Part shown: in pieces, positions 26,970 to 40,135 of the stretch
How the letters are laid out: every line of letters begins with the position of its first letter
Numbering within the stretch: position 1 is the first letter of the stretch
Assembly (NCBI RefSeq): GCF_006345805.1
Contig: NC_043011.1
Coordinates: forward strand, 21,030,464 to 21,094,463
Length of the DNA stretch: 64,000 nt
Reading direction: 5' to 3'
Source of the DNA: Octopus sinensis
Taxonomy: Eukaryota
Position numbers and translations under genes: made by a program
The notes under the pieces: model-generated
Databases searched by the model: none
Told to the model about the DNA's origin: nothing
The model's input: the letters and a program-made list of their open reading frames with translations, nothing else

Positions 26970-27328
26970 GTCCAGTTCCAGTATTGTAAACATTAGTGGT
27001 CCCACATTCATAGTGTATGTGTTTTGTTTATTTGCCAAATATGTTGTGGAATAATGCCTGAGGAAATTTCCTTATTCAGTGCAATGTAGGGAGCTCTCCT
27101 GGATGCTATCCCATAGCAAATTTGACATACAAACTTATAAACAGGATGTATACGCTATGTATATATGACTAATAATACATATATACATATATATGTGTTA
27201 GTACATGTGTGTGTGTGTGTGTGTGTTAGTACATATTTATTTATATATGTGTGTGTATATTAATATTTATCTGTATAAAAATATATATACACATAGGCAC
27301 ATATATTTTGTGCATGTATATGAGTATT

Positions 27329-27361
<33 letters not shown>

Positions 27362-28179
27362 TGTGTGTGTGTGTGTGTGTGAGTATTCAATCGTAAGACA
27401 GTATGTTTGTTTAGTATACTACCCGTTTACTCTCCTTTAGTAAAAGTACAAACATCTCAGTTTACATATTTTTCCCTCCCACAAAATCTCAGGTTTCATG
27501 TTGCTGTTAATTGCTCCTGCCTTAGTATATATAATCTTCATCATCATTATCATTTAACCTCTGCTTCCATGCTGGCATGGGTTGGATGGTTTGGCTGTGG
27601 ACTGGAAAGCCAGGAAGGCTGCACCAGGCTCTAATCTGATCTGGCCAGGTTTCTACAGCTGGATGCTCTTCGTAATGCCAACCACTTTGAGAGTGTAGTG
27701 GGTGCTTTTAATGTGCCACCGTCACAGGGTCCAGTCAGGCGGCACTAGCATTGACCATGTTCGAATGGCGCTTTTTACATGCCACTGGCACGGGTGCCAG
27801 TCAGGCAGCAATGTAGCATTTCTGCAATTGAGGGTGCTAAGTTTGCAGAAGTTGTGGTGCACCTGATGGAATACAAATACATTATTGTATTTTATCTTAT
27901 ACCATTTACTTGGTTCAGTCATTGGACTCTGGCCCTGCTGGAGCACCACCTTGATGGGTTTTTAGTTCAACGAATAGACCCCAGTACTTATTTTTTAAGT
28001 GTGGTACTTTTTTCTATCAGTCTCTGATAAAAAGCTTTTACTTAGTCTGATGTGTCTTTTCTCTGTTGCTGAACTGCTAGCTTGTGAGGACTCAAACAAA
28101 CCAACACCGGTTATCAAAGTGGGCTGGGGCTGGTGGGGGGGGGGACACAGCACATGTACACACACACACACATCTATCT

Positions 28180-28660
28180 CATCATCATCATGTAATGTCT
28201 GTTTTCCATGGTGGCATGGGTTGGACAGTTTGACAGGAGCTGACCAGCTGATGGGCTGCTCAGGCTCCTTGTCTGTTTTGGCATGGATTCTATGGCTGGA
28301 TGCCCTTCCTGACATCAACCACTTTAGAGAGTGTACTGTGTGCTTTTATGCAGCACCAGTGTGGGTGCTTTTTATGTTCCACCAGCACTTGTGAGCCCGC
28401 AAGATTAGGGGTGCTTAGCTGGAGAGGGTTGCAAGGGATGAGCCTGTATGCAAGGACAACCCATGCTTTTACTTAGCTTGATGTCTTTTCAAGCACAGTA
28501 TACAGCCAGGAGTTTTGGTCCCCTGTCATCCCCACTGTGAATTCCAACATCTGTAAATCCATTCTCACCACTTCATGTCTTCCTGGGTCTACCCCTTCCA
28601 TATGTTCTCACTACAATTAAAGATCAGCATCTCTTGATGTAATTGTCCTCATCTGTATAT
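28180..28660 (-). mobile_element. Second 5'-truncated RTE copy (tail plus decayed RT C-terminus)
   Basis: Tail at 28180 is followed by sequence similar to 15430-15600 (tcttcctgggtctaccccttcc, GRGRP-type motif). Confidence 0.7.
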
Positions 28661-29340
28661 ATCTAGTATATATAAATCACAATATGTGTGTGTATATTGA
28701 CTAACACATACATTTCCACAATTCTCAACTGATTTTCACCAAACTTTACACACGTATTATTTATGTCCTGAAGATGGTTATGTACTATATAACATTTTAC
28801 CCAGAGCTCCTGTGTAAATGGACAAACCATGAAAAGTGGTGCTTTACACGGATTTTACTCTAATTCATTGAATGTACATAGTTTTTTGTACATAGGGTCT
28901 TCCATATTTTTAAATCTATATGGTCATATATTGGCATGAGAGAATATTTTTTAGTGGGTTTTCACATTTTTTGACTTATTTAATTATATGTTGTAATTGT
29001 GTATTATTACTTTCTATATTTTTTTTTATATGTGTATTGATGTGTATTGAGTGTTTTGGTTAGAGAATATTATAAAAGTGAACGGATTTTGTCTATTTAT
29101 TTATTTCAACTGTTTTCCATACATTTTAAATCTATATGGTCGTATATTTGCATTACAGAATATATTTTAGTTATTTTCACATTTTTTTGATTTATCATTT
29201 ATTTGTATGTTGTAATTGTGTATCATTACCCTCTCTTTTTCTTTTTATATGTGTATTGGTATGTATTGTTTGAGTTTTGGTTGGAGAATATTATAAAAGT
29301 GAAAGGATTTTGTCTATTTATTTATTTCTACTGTCCACCT
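28660..29340 (+). repeat. Helitron-like head with a diverged ~216-bp tandem duplication
   Basis: aaatctatatggtc recurs at ~28912 and ~29128, and gagaatattataaaagtga...ggattttgtctatttatttatttc occurs twice. Confidence 0.6.
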
Positions 29341-29939
29341 GCGTTGGTGATTAAATTGACTAGGAATTCTGTACACAATGAATATCCAATACCAAACAAC
29401 CTTAATCTCCATATCTAAACTGCATTAAACTTTGGCAAGCTTACCATTACCTATTCTGAGATCCTTGAAAGGTGATGTTCTCTTCTCTCTCTTCCATTTG
29501 TTGATACCTTTGTTTATCTACCAATGCATTGATTCACTTTAAGGATGCTTATTTATCCATCCATTATGATATTTCAACTCTTGTCCATTGTTTCAAATAC
29601 ATTGTAGCATTGTTGTTCTAGCCTTTTTTAAACACACGCAAGAAATTTCTCTTTCATGTAAATCAACTACATTTTGTAGTCATTATCCGTAATCTATTCC
29701 CAAAATACTTCAGTAGCTTTACTTTGCATCGCTTGCAAATTTATATGTTCTATGATCATTAAAGTGTAATGCTCTCCACTGTAACCAGCCTTCAATTCGA
29801 TTTTCTGTTCCTAGGTTAATTGGAAACATAGATTGTCATGCTTCTCATAAATGTCAGTAGTTCAATTATTTGGTGAAAAAATACCACCAAAGCAACTTCA
29901 ACCATCCAAAGAACAGGTGTGTTTGCTAGTATACATATA

Positions 29940-30410
29940 TTGGGTTGTCCGGAAAGTTTGTGCCGATTTATAGTAGCTTACCTTTCGACTTATTTTAGAA
30001 CATGGTTGAGTCCATAAAATAGGATATGACTACACCTCCATTTAGAGCACAGTTTAAGCTGTCTTTTCGTGGAAGAAGGTTTATGTTCCTATAACCTGTG
30101 TTAATTCTGTAATCCTTTCAAATGGAAGTTAAGAAAGTTCATTTTTGGTACTTGATGCTTTGGAAACCAGACAAAAATTACGGCAGCTCGGCTGGGATAT
30201 GTTATCCCACCCTCCATATTCACCAGATATTGCTCCTTCGGATTTCCACTTAAACAGGTCTCTGCAGAATAGTCTTAATGGTAAAAATTTCAATTCCTTG
30301 GATGACATAAAAAGATACCTTGATGAATTCTTTGCCATGAAACCACCTTTTCAAGTTAAAGGAAAGATGGAGATGCATTGTGCAACAAAATGGTTCATAT
30401 TTGGTTCATT
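29940..30410 (+). mobile_element. Internally deleted mariner-family DNA transposon fragment
   Basis: TA followed by TIR-like ttgggttgtccggaaag at ~29940. ORF 30145.. reads LGWDMLSHPPYSPDIAPSDFHLNRSLQNSLNGK (mariner YSPDLAP motif). No right TIR seen. Confidence 0.85.
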
Positions 30411-31859
30411 AAAATCATCAGCTGCCAATTGGTTATCACTTTGGTTTTGACACCTGACTGACTGGCTTCCATTTAGTTCCCATCTATCAAATTCACTTAG
30501 AAGGCATTAATCAGCCTGGGGTTATAGCAGAAGGCGCTTAAGGTGGCGATCTGGCAGAAACGTTAGCACGCCGGGTGAAATGCTTAGTGGTATTTCATCT
30601 GCCGCTATGTTCTGAGTTCAAATTCCTCCGTCGACTTTGCCTTTCATCCTTTCAGGGTCGATTAAATAAGTACCAGTTACGCACTTAATCCGTTTGTCTG
30701 TCCTTGTTTACCCCCTCTGTGTGTAGCCCCTTGTGGGCAATAGAGAAATAAGACACTAGCTCAAGGTGCCATGCAGTGGGACTGAACCTGAAACCACATG
30801 CTGGCAAAGTGAGCTTCTTAATCACACAGCTGTGTCTGCTCCTTACAGTGATTTTATTTTTATTTTCCTTTCTGTTTTTTTTTATGTCATAAAGTAGTGC
30901 CAGGCTTCTGAGACGGCTTAATAACATATACTCAAACAAGAACCCTGATCCAAATACTTTCACAAGCCAGGCGACAAATGTAGTCTATCACCTACACAGG
31001 CTCCAGGGAGGATTTGAACTCAGAACAATTTTGTTGAAACAAATACCACAAGGCATCCTCATTGGTGTTCTAACAATTCTCTCAGTCCACAGCCTTGAAC
31101 TGGTACTTTTATCCCTCGCCTTTTACTTGTTTCAGTCATTGGACTGCAGCCATACTGGAGCGCCACCTTGAAGGGCTTTAGTTGAACAAACAAATCAATA
31201 CTAATTCTTATTTTTAAGCCTGACACTCCTTTTAGCCTATATTGCCAAACTGCTAAGTTATAGGGATGTAAAGAAACCAACACCAGCTGTCAGGTGGTGG
31301 TGGAGGACAAACAAAGGCACACACATGAATATATATATATATATATACATACATATACACTGTTATATTATTCTGTTACTTGTTTCAGCCATTAGACTGC
31401 AGCTATGCTGGAGCAATGCCATAAAGAGTTTTAGTCAAAGAAATTGACCCCAGGACTCATTCTTTGTAAGCTTAGTACTTATTCTATTGGTCTTTTTTGC
31501 CGAACTGCTAAGTTATGGGGGATGTAAACACCAACTTCAGTTGTCAAGAGATGGTGGGGGACAAACACAGACACAAACACACATATATACACAATGGGCT
31601 TCTTTCAGTTTCCATCTACCAGATCCACTGACAAGGCTTTGGTTGGCCTGAAGCTATTGTAGAAGATACTTTTTCCAAGGTGCTACACAGTGGGAGTGAA
31701 CCCAGAATCATGTGTTTAGGTGGCATACTTCTTACCACATAGCCACGCCTGTACCTAAATGATGATGATGATGACGATATATATATATTATATATATATA
31801 TATAAAATCAAAATAAGCAACAGGATATCATGTAGGATATCAAGATGAGCAACAGGATC

Positions 31860-31912
<53 letters not shown>

Positions 31913-32128
31913 ATAATAAATATTAGGGAATAAATCCAAACTTACAGGGAAAAATCAGATTTAGGATTGAATCCAATTTTATAGTAAAATATTAAATTAT
32001 ATTAAATTAGAGACAAAACCACTATTAGGCAAATCAAACAATGAAAAACTTAATCCAATACATAATATTATTTAATTTATATTATTTAAATATATAACAA
32101 AATTATTAAAAAAATATAATTAATATCA

Positions 32129-32192
32129 CACTACGATCGTTTCATGCCTGCTAACATCTTCAAATTTTTGAGTCGCAGTCATTCATCAGGTG
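32129..32192 (-). ncRNA. Type I hammerhead ribozyme, minimal Penelope-like form, intact core
   Basis: CAC CUGAUGA AUGACUGC..GCAGGCAU GAAA CGAUCG UA GUG. Helix I CAC/GUG, helix II AUG(A)CUGC/GCAG(G)CAU, self-complementary helix III ACGAUCGU. Predicted GUA cleavage between 32132 and 32131. Confidence 0.78.
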
Positions 32193-32221
32193 GTTTAACT
32201 TGGCGAGGTTTAAACAATGAA

Positions 32222-32282
32222 CTGATGAATGACTGCGACTCAAAAATTTGAAGATGTTAGCAGGCATGAAACGATCGTAGTG
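32222..32282 (+). ncRNA. Inverted copy of the same hammerhead lacking the 5' strand of helix I
   Basis: Same core as 32129-32189 but preceded by ugaa rather than cac. Confidence 0.6.
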
Positions 32283-32939
32283 TGATATTAATTATATTTT
32301 TTTAATAATTTTGTTATATATTTAAATAATATAAATTAAATAATATTATGTATTGGATTAAGTTTTTCATTGTTTGATTTGCATAATAGTGGTTTTGTCT
32401 CTAATTTAATATAATATATATATATATATATATATATTTCAATTATCTTTTACTTGTTTCAGTCATTAGACTGTGGACATGCTGGGGTACTGCCTTGAAG
32501 AATTTCAGCCAAATTAATTGACCCCAATATTTACTATTTTTTGTATTATTATTATTTTGCTGAACTGCTAAGTTACAGGGGCATAAACACACATGCACAT
32601 GTATATGTAACGGGCTTCTTTCAGTTTCTGTCTACTATATCCAGTCATAAGGCTTTGGTCAACCTGGAGCTATAGTAGAAGCCACTTGTCCAAGGTAAAA
32701 ATGAGGTGGGACTGAACCCAGAACCATATGGTTGGATAGCAAGCTTCTTACCACAAACCCACGCCTGCGCCTACAGATATATTCAACGGGCTTCTTTCAG
32801 TTTCCATCTACCAGTATTCGCAAGGCTTTGGTTGGTCCAGGGCTATAGTAGAAGACACTTGTCCAAGGTGCTATGCCATGAGACTAAACCCAAAACCATA
32901 TGTTTGGGAAACACAATATTCTGGGTTCAAATCCCACTG

Positions 32940-32971
<32 letters not shown>

Positions 32972-33714
32972 TTCCAGGATTGACTTAAGTTATTACACGT
33001 ATTTACCTGCAAAAATAAACCAATCTTATGCCTGTTCAGAATGTATTAACAGCTGTTTAAATAAATACAGAACTATTTGAGTGGGATCGTTACCAGCATC
33101 GCCTTACTGGCACCTGTGCTGTTGGCATGTGTAAAAAATTCGAGCGAGGTCATTGCCAGTACCGCCTGACTGACCTCTGTGCCAGTGGCACGTAAAAACC
33201 ACCCACTACACTCTCAGAGTGGTTGGCGATAGGAAGGGCATCCAGCTGTAAAAACTCTGCCAGATCAAGACTGGAGCCTGGTGCAGCCATCTGGTTCGCC
33301 AGCCCACAGTCGAACCGTCCAACCCATGCTAGCATGAAAAGCGGACGTTAAACGATGATGATGATGATGAAGCAGAACCTGCATTATATGTGTGTGTTAT
33401 CTATTGAATGCAGCTCTATAATATACTTCCTGGTCATCAGAATTCATTGCTTTCTATGTGAAAGGAAAAGGTTAACATGTTTTTTTTCATTTGTTCAATT
33501 TATAACACTTGTCTCTCTGTTCAGTTTGACACACTTGTCTAAACAAATTTTGTATTATGTTCATTCTATTGTTTAATTCTAACATTATTGTTTGGCATTG
33601 TCCAAGGCTTGTCGTCAAAATCTTGATTGCTTTGTCAAAGCCAATACATTGCGAAGATTTTTTCTGATAAGAATTGTTTTAGAAGTGATTTGACCGAATT
33701 CTTAAAATTCATAA

Positions 33715-33860
33715 CAGCAACAGCAACAACAATAACAATAATAATGATGATAATAATAATAATATTAATAATAATAATAATAATATTAATAATAATGACA
33801 ATGATAATAATATTATAATAATAATAATAATAATAATAATAAAATAAAAGCTTTATAATA
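33715..33860. repeat. (AAT)n microsatellite
   Basis: Visible directly. Confidence 0.92.
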
Positions 33861-36800
33861 ATGTCAACAACAATGGTGACAGTGGACACATGAATTAACA
33901 TTGATTTCAAATTTTGGCACAAGGCTAGCAATTTCAGGGGAGGAGTTAAATTGATTACATCAATCCCAGTATGTGACTGGTACTTATTTTATCAACCCTG
34001 AAAGGATGAAAGGCAAAGTTAACTTCAGAGGAATTTGAACTCAGAACATAACGGCGGACAAAATTCTATTAAACATTTTGCCCAGCATGCTAACAATTCT
34101 GCCTGCTTAATAATAACAATAACAATAATAATAATAAATGCCCTGATGCAGTACTAGGCACTGGCTCTCATGGCTTTGTTATTATGTACATGTTTTATCT
34201 TGGTGTAAAAAGATGGGCTATAGCAAATATTCTGCTCAATACCTACAAGGGGCTAAACACAGAGAGGACAAACAAGGACAGATAAACGGATTAAGTCAAT
34301 TATATCAACCACCAGTGCGTAACTGGTACTTATTTAATCGACCCCGAAAGGATGAACGGCAAAATCGACCTCAGCAGAATTTGAACTCAGAACGTAGTGG
34401 CAGACGAAATATGGCTACGCATTTCGCCTGGCATGCTAACGTTTCTGCCAGCTCGCCGCCTATGGTATTCTGCTCAATACCACAGATTTGCTTGTCAGTT
34501 GCTTGACCATAACTGGCTGAGCATGTCCCTTAGTGGCTGATGATATGTGCATCTCTGATCTCAAGCAGAAGTAGTGGGGGAGCATCGTAGCCATGTGTTG
34601 AGAGGAATTCTTTGGGGTTTGAATAATTCACCTCTGGAAACAGGTGTTTTGTTCATCATCCTTAAACAACCCTCATTCAGAGACCTTTTGAGCAGGATGG
34701 GCTACTCAACCTGAAAATAGTTCTAACTGGGCCCCACCTACATAGTCATGCGCTGTTTATCTTGATATAAAGTCACCATATTGTGCACATGGTTGTGATG
34801 CATGTGCTTAGTGTACCCTTATATGAGTAGTCATGATGGGTGTACTGGGTTGCATATATTTGTACCCCAATGTCACTTTGATGGCATGCATTGCTCTCTC
34901 AATAATGATAATAATAATAATATTAATATAAAAATTTATAACAACCACAATGGTGGCAGTGGGAGCATAGAATTATTATTAACAATGAATAGTTGCAAGT
35001 GTGGCATGAATAGGCACAGGTGTATGGTTAAGAAGCTTGCTTCCTAACCATGTGGTCTTGGGTTCAGTCCCACCATACAGCACCTTGGGTGAGTGTCTTC
35101 TAGTATAGTCCCAGGCCAACCAAAGCCTAGTGAGTGGATTTGGTAGATATGGAAACTGAAAAAAATCTGCTGTGTGTGTGTATTTGTTTGTATGTGTGTA
35201 TATATATGTGAGGCATGTGACCTGGAGGTTAGGGTGTTGCACTCATGATCACATCATCATGGTTTCATTTCCCATGCCGGCATATGGCACACTCTGCATC
35301 TGTTCAGGCAACGTTCAGTTGATGGAGGCTCTGAGTTAATGCACGTCATAAACGTTTGATCGCTATAAATAAATTGTCTGTGCATGTTCAGCATTAAATT
35401 GTGGAACCCTCATCTATTATTTATGACAAGCGGGTCCACAGTGTGTGTGTGTATCTGTACCCTTGTCTTGACATCATATAATTATAAATAGGTATCACTG
35501 TTCATTTCCAGTCTTCCATGGGAAACATGTCTGGCCATGGGAAATATTATCTTGCTTGGAAACAGGGGAGGGTTGGTGACAGGAAGAGCATCCAACCATA
35601 GATAGTCTACCTCAACAGATCCAGTCTGACTCATGCAAGCATGGAAAGGTGAACATTAAATGGTGGTGGTGGTGGTGGTGGTGGTGATAATGATGACAAT
35701 GACATAAGGGCCATTACAAGAACAATTAACAAAAACTCTGTGAAGTAGTTGGCATTAGAAAGGGTATCCTGCCATAGAAACCGTGCCAAAGTAGACATGG
35801 AGCCCGGGCAGCTCTTCAGCCTGCCAGCTCTTGTCAAACCATCCAACCCATCCCAGGAATTTCAACCGTGTTTCATGGTCTGCTACCACAACAGCTCCTT
35901 ATAGGATCCAGTTGGCTCAAGACATCATCAGGAGGAACCATGTCCGGTTTCAGCCCCTACTCCTCTACCGTTTTGACGTGGCGGGGACCCCCTCCTTTCG
36001 GAGGTGTCTTCAGCTCTAGTGTTGGGTGCATGTCTTCTTTCTTCTGTTCCCTGGCTTCTTCGATGTAGCGTCGAGTGTTAGCGGGCGATGATGATGATTA
36101 GGGGTTTATGGGAGAATAACTTATAATCATGTAGCATTGCCAGGTCAGGGTTTTCTAGAAGTTGTCCAGCTGTTGAAGTGATGTTCACCTAGAGTCTCTT
36201 TGAGAATCCATCATTGTTGCCCTCCTTGAACCCTCGATAGAAGTCAAAGGTTGACTGGCTGAAAACTGAGTGTCTGATAACATTCCAGATGTCAGGTTCA
36301 CATTCTTAGTCATCGCAGTCTTCTTGGCAGCAAGAGATTCTTTGAAAAGCCTCTCCAAAATATTCTTGTTCCATTAAAAAAAATTCTCATATCACATAGG
36401 AAATATCATCTTTAGGCCATGTGCTATGTAGATGTCTGATGATGTTTTCATTGGGACTTTATTGGCTGGGGTGTTTTGGGAGTGAGCTTGTTGAACCATT
36501 CCTTTTTGCAATTTAATTTTTTACAGCATGTGACAGCGTATTGTTTAGTGGTTATATAGTATTGGGTTCACAATCATAAGGTTTTGGATTCAAATCCTGA
36601 ACTGGGTTATATATTGTGTCATTGAGCTAGGCACTTCATTTCCTGAATACCAATTGAGTACTGGTCCCTCCCTCCCTTCTGTTGTTACATCCTTTATATG
36701 CCATTGAGTCAAAGATGGGAAGGCTTAAAGGGTGTCCATGTCTATTCATGAATATACAGGTACCTAAAGCAATTTGCAAAAGCATGGTACATACCGCTAG

Positions 36801-39619
36801 CTTGTGGGTAATGATTACATCTTTTTTACGTCATCAGTTCATTTTTTTTGTTTCTATCTATATTAGTGAAATTTAAGGAGAGTGGTGTTTGTACATTTTG
36901 GCTTTTCATTTTGCTACAGTTACTGTTGTAGTTTTTATTTTTGTTGTTTTTCGTTGTTTTTTTTTTTGCCTTGGTTTTATTGTGTTTGTTATTGTTGCTT
37001 TTGTTGTTGTGGATTTCAATTGTTGTTGTTTAGTTATTTTTGCTGTGATGTTGCTTTGCTATGACACTTGTGAGTTTTCCTTCCATTGTTTTAGCATTCT
37101 GGGGTGGCGGGGTGGAGGGAGTGTTGGTGGTGATTACTTCCTTTTTTAATTTTATTTTGGTGGTGGTGATCGTGAATGGAAGGTTGACAGTTTTCTCCAT
37201 GTCTTATCAAATCTTCCAACCTTCACCATTGTGCAACTGCCACTAGTTACCTTCCTCTTCTTCCACCACAGCATGATTTTTTTATTTTGCCATAGTCTCT
37301 TCTCCTTGTCCTCATTGTTTGACAGAATATCAATCACAGAAGTGGATGTTGTAGGTGAAGAAGGGCCAGCTACATTTATTCAGTCATATATTTATTCACT
37401 GACTTCCAGATACCACCATCAGAGAGAGTTGGTGTGCGTGTTGAGGCAGTGTCCAGATTGGCTCGTCATTTCGAAATCTCACCGCACACACACACTTCCA
37501 AGTGGCTGCCAGAATAACTGCCGAATGTCCAACAGCCATCGCTAACCATCCATTCTCTCTTTGCCTCGACTGCATCTGTGTGGCTTATATTTGCACAATG
37601 TGTGTCTATTTGTCTAAATGGTGGGTATTCCTTCATCTGATGTGTTTTAGGTTGGTGGTGGTGCTGCTGCTGGTATTATTGGTCCTTCACAGTGTGCTTG
37701 GAGTCACTGCTGCAGTTGTTACCACTATTGGTTGTGGTCAAGCTGCTGCTTCACTGTTGGCATCACTATTGTTGCTGTTTTTGTGTTTTGGTTGCTGGTA
37801 ACAGGAAGGGAATATCACAGATTCTTCTCTGTCACTATTAAGCAAAAAGACCTTCATGTGATTGTAGCTTTTTGGCTTCCAATATGATGTGAACCTGTAT
37901 CTTTACCATGGGTTTTGATTCTTGGACAGGGAAATGCTTTGTGTTCTTGAGCAAAACACTTCACTTCACATTGCTCCAGTCCACTCAGCTGGCAAAAGTG
38001 ATCAATCTTGTGATGGACTGGTGTCCCATCCAGAGAGAATGAATATGTACACCACAGAATCTGGGAAACCAGCCTTATGAGCCTATACTCAAGAAAGACC
38101 CTTGATATATTACATTAGTGTTGAGCAACTGGAATCTCATGTTATTATTTAGGTACAGGATTTTTATTAAGTTATTTGTTTAACCCTTTTGTTACCAACC
38201 CGGCTGAAACTGGCTCTAGCTCTGAGTACAAATGTCTTGTTTTCAGAAATTTTTAATTAAAATCTTCCACCAAACCTTAGTCACAATTTATGTTCCTAAC
38301 ACTAGCTGAATGAATAACCAAGTTATTTTACTAAATCTTTGTTATTTATTAATTGAAAGAAATGCAGGAACATATCCAAAATAATACAGTAACGAAAGGG
38401 TAAATATGGACAATTTTAGGGTGGTTGGTATAAAAAGACCCAAAACAGTAATTTCATACAAGCTACATGTCTTGTCAGTTTGTAAAATTAAATATTTATT
38501 ACTTTTTCGCAGCAAAGATGCTCCCTTGCATGTTCTTGAACACTTGCAGTTTGACCCTAAGACTAAAAAGTTTTCTCACCCTTGATGTACACAGGGATTC
38601 CTACATTTTCTCTGTAATGTTGCTCTTAAATATTTGGAATTTGACTCTGAGACTAAAAAAAGTTGTTCCACCCTTGACATACTCAGAAGCTCCTGTAAGT
38701 TGTTCACTGAAGAGGAAGAACTTGAGAGAGAGAGAGAAGTACCCAGAGAACTAGACCAAATAGGAAAGTGGTGGTGGTGGCAGTGACAGTAGCTGAGGTG
38801 GCAAATGTTGTTGTTCTTCTTCCAATCAGGACCCACGCCATTAGCCACAAAGAATAATCTCTAATTCGAACCTACTCTAAGCTACTAAGAATGCGTGTGG
38901 CAACTCGAAGATCCATCCACCACACGCGATAGACTGGTGGCTGCACGGGTGCTAAAGCTACGTTGTTATCCTCATTCCATAAACGGTGGCTTTTAACGGG
39001 TGGAGAGCTGAACCATCCTGGGGTACAGAGGATTCGCAATCTTGACTAGGGTCTGAAAGTTTACCTCACCATGGTTCCTCTGCTTTGTGGCAGAAGTAGG
39101 AAGACAGAGAGAGAAAGTTGTGGTGAAAGAGTACAGTAGCCACCCCCCACCCCGGCCGGAGCCTCGTGGAGCTTAGGTGTTTTTGCTCGATAAACACTCA
39201 AAAAGCCCGGGCTGGGAATCGAAACCGCATTCTTACGACCGCGAGTCAGCTGCCCTAACCACTGGGTCATTGCGCCTCCACCTTGTTGTTACTGGATTAA
39301 TTTGCTGTTAAGTCTTGTGAGAAGGTTAAAACTTAGAGATGTAAGAAAGAAATTGTAATTATTTCGGAAAATGTGACAGGTTTTGTGTATTTCATGGTTG
39401 TGCAGAATAGTGATGGCATATTAGTGCAGGAGTATCTGGTTCATGTTGATGTATCCATGTGTGGTGTGCTGGGAGTGACTGTGTTGTTCTGTTGGCATAA
39501 CAGTATGTGGTTTTGTTGGTGTTTTGGTTGACTTCGTGTAACATGTGATTGTAAAGATGTGGCAATGTAGCTTTAATTTTATATGGTTACATAATCATTA
39601 TTAAGAACGACACCATTCT

Positions 39620-40135
39620 GATAAGGTTATCAAGCAAATTAGAATATATTTGTGACATATTTCGACTTCTAATGTCTAATTCACTGCAGTTACTATGAAG
39701 AAAAGATTATCTTTTATGGTAAAATGTGCAAAAATACCATTTCTGCCCAGTGTTGCCTTCTATTGGATACCCAGATACAGTGTTTCTAGCTCTTTAACCA
39801 TTATCAATGGAAAATACAAAAGAGAGGTAACTCTGCACAGATTTAAAACTGTAACTTTAACTAAAAGATAGTCAACAACATTGACTCAGCAGTATCAGTA
39901 CCAAGCAGTGTTTAGGCATAAGTGAACTTTAGGTTAATCAAAATATGTTTGTGACATATTTCATGTTTGAAAGGCAAATTCACTGCAGTGACCATGGAGA
40001 AAAAAATTCTCTCTTATGGTAAAAGGTGTAAAAATACCTTATCTACTCCATGTTGCCCTCTATCAAATTCAAAGATGCAGTTTTTCTAGCTCTTTAGCCT
40101 TTATCAATGGGAAATACTGAAGAGAGGTATTGGCG
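39620..40135. repeat. Diverged ~300-bp tandem duplication
   Basis: tgtgacatatttc at ~39651 and ~39950. aattcactgcag, ttatggtaaaa and tttctagctcttta..c.ttatcaatgg.aaatac each occur twice. Confidence 0.7.

Larger units (their letters stand above)
31996..32415. repeat. Inverted repeat, 194-bp arms with a 32-bp spacer
   Basis: 31996-32189 is the reverse complement of 32222-32415, with one mismatch seen. Confidence 0.92.

Noticed and set aside
37651-37797. Possible 147-bp in-frame cassette exon (ttttAG...GTaaca)
   Set aside because: Weak donor, simple-repeat composition, and the peptide (WWWCCCWYYW...) has no SSS similarity. The flanking exons already join without a gap relative to CHT1.
39205-39281. 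tRNA-like sequence (Arg-like, minus strand) and similar heads at 18321 and 63284
   Set aside because: No proper acceptor stem, and each continues into a SINE body, so these are SINE heads rather than tRNA genes.
39640-39990. Minus-strand GAAA-UAUG-UC motifs with a short stem, hammerhead-like
   Set aside because: The upstream core (GUGAAUU) breaks the 3-8 pair and A9, and no helix I can be drawn.
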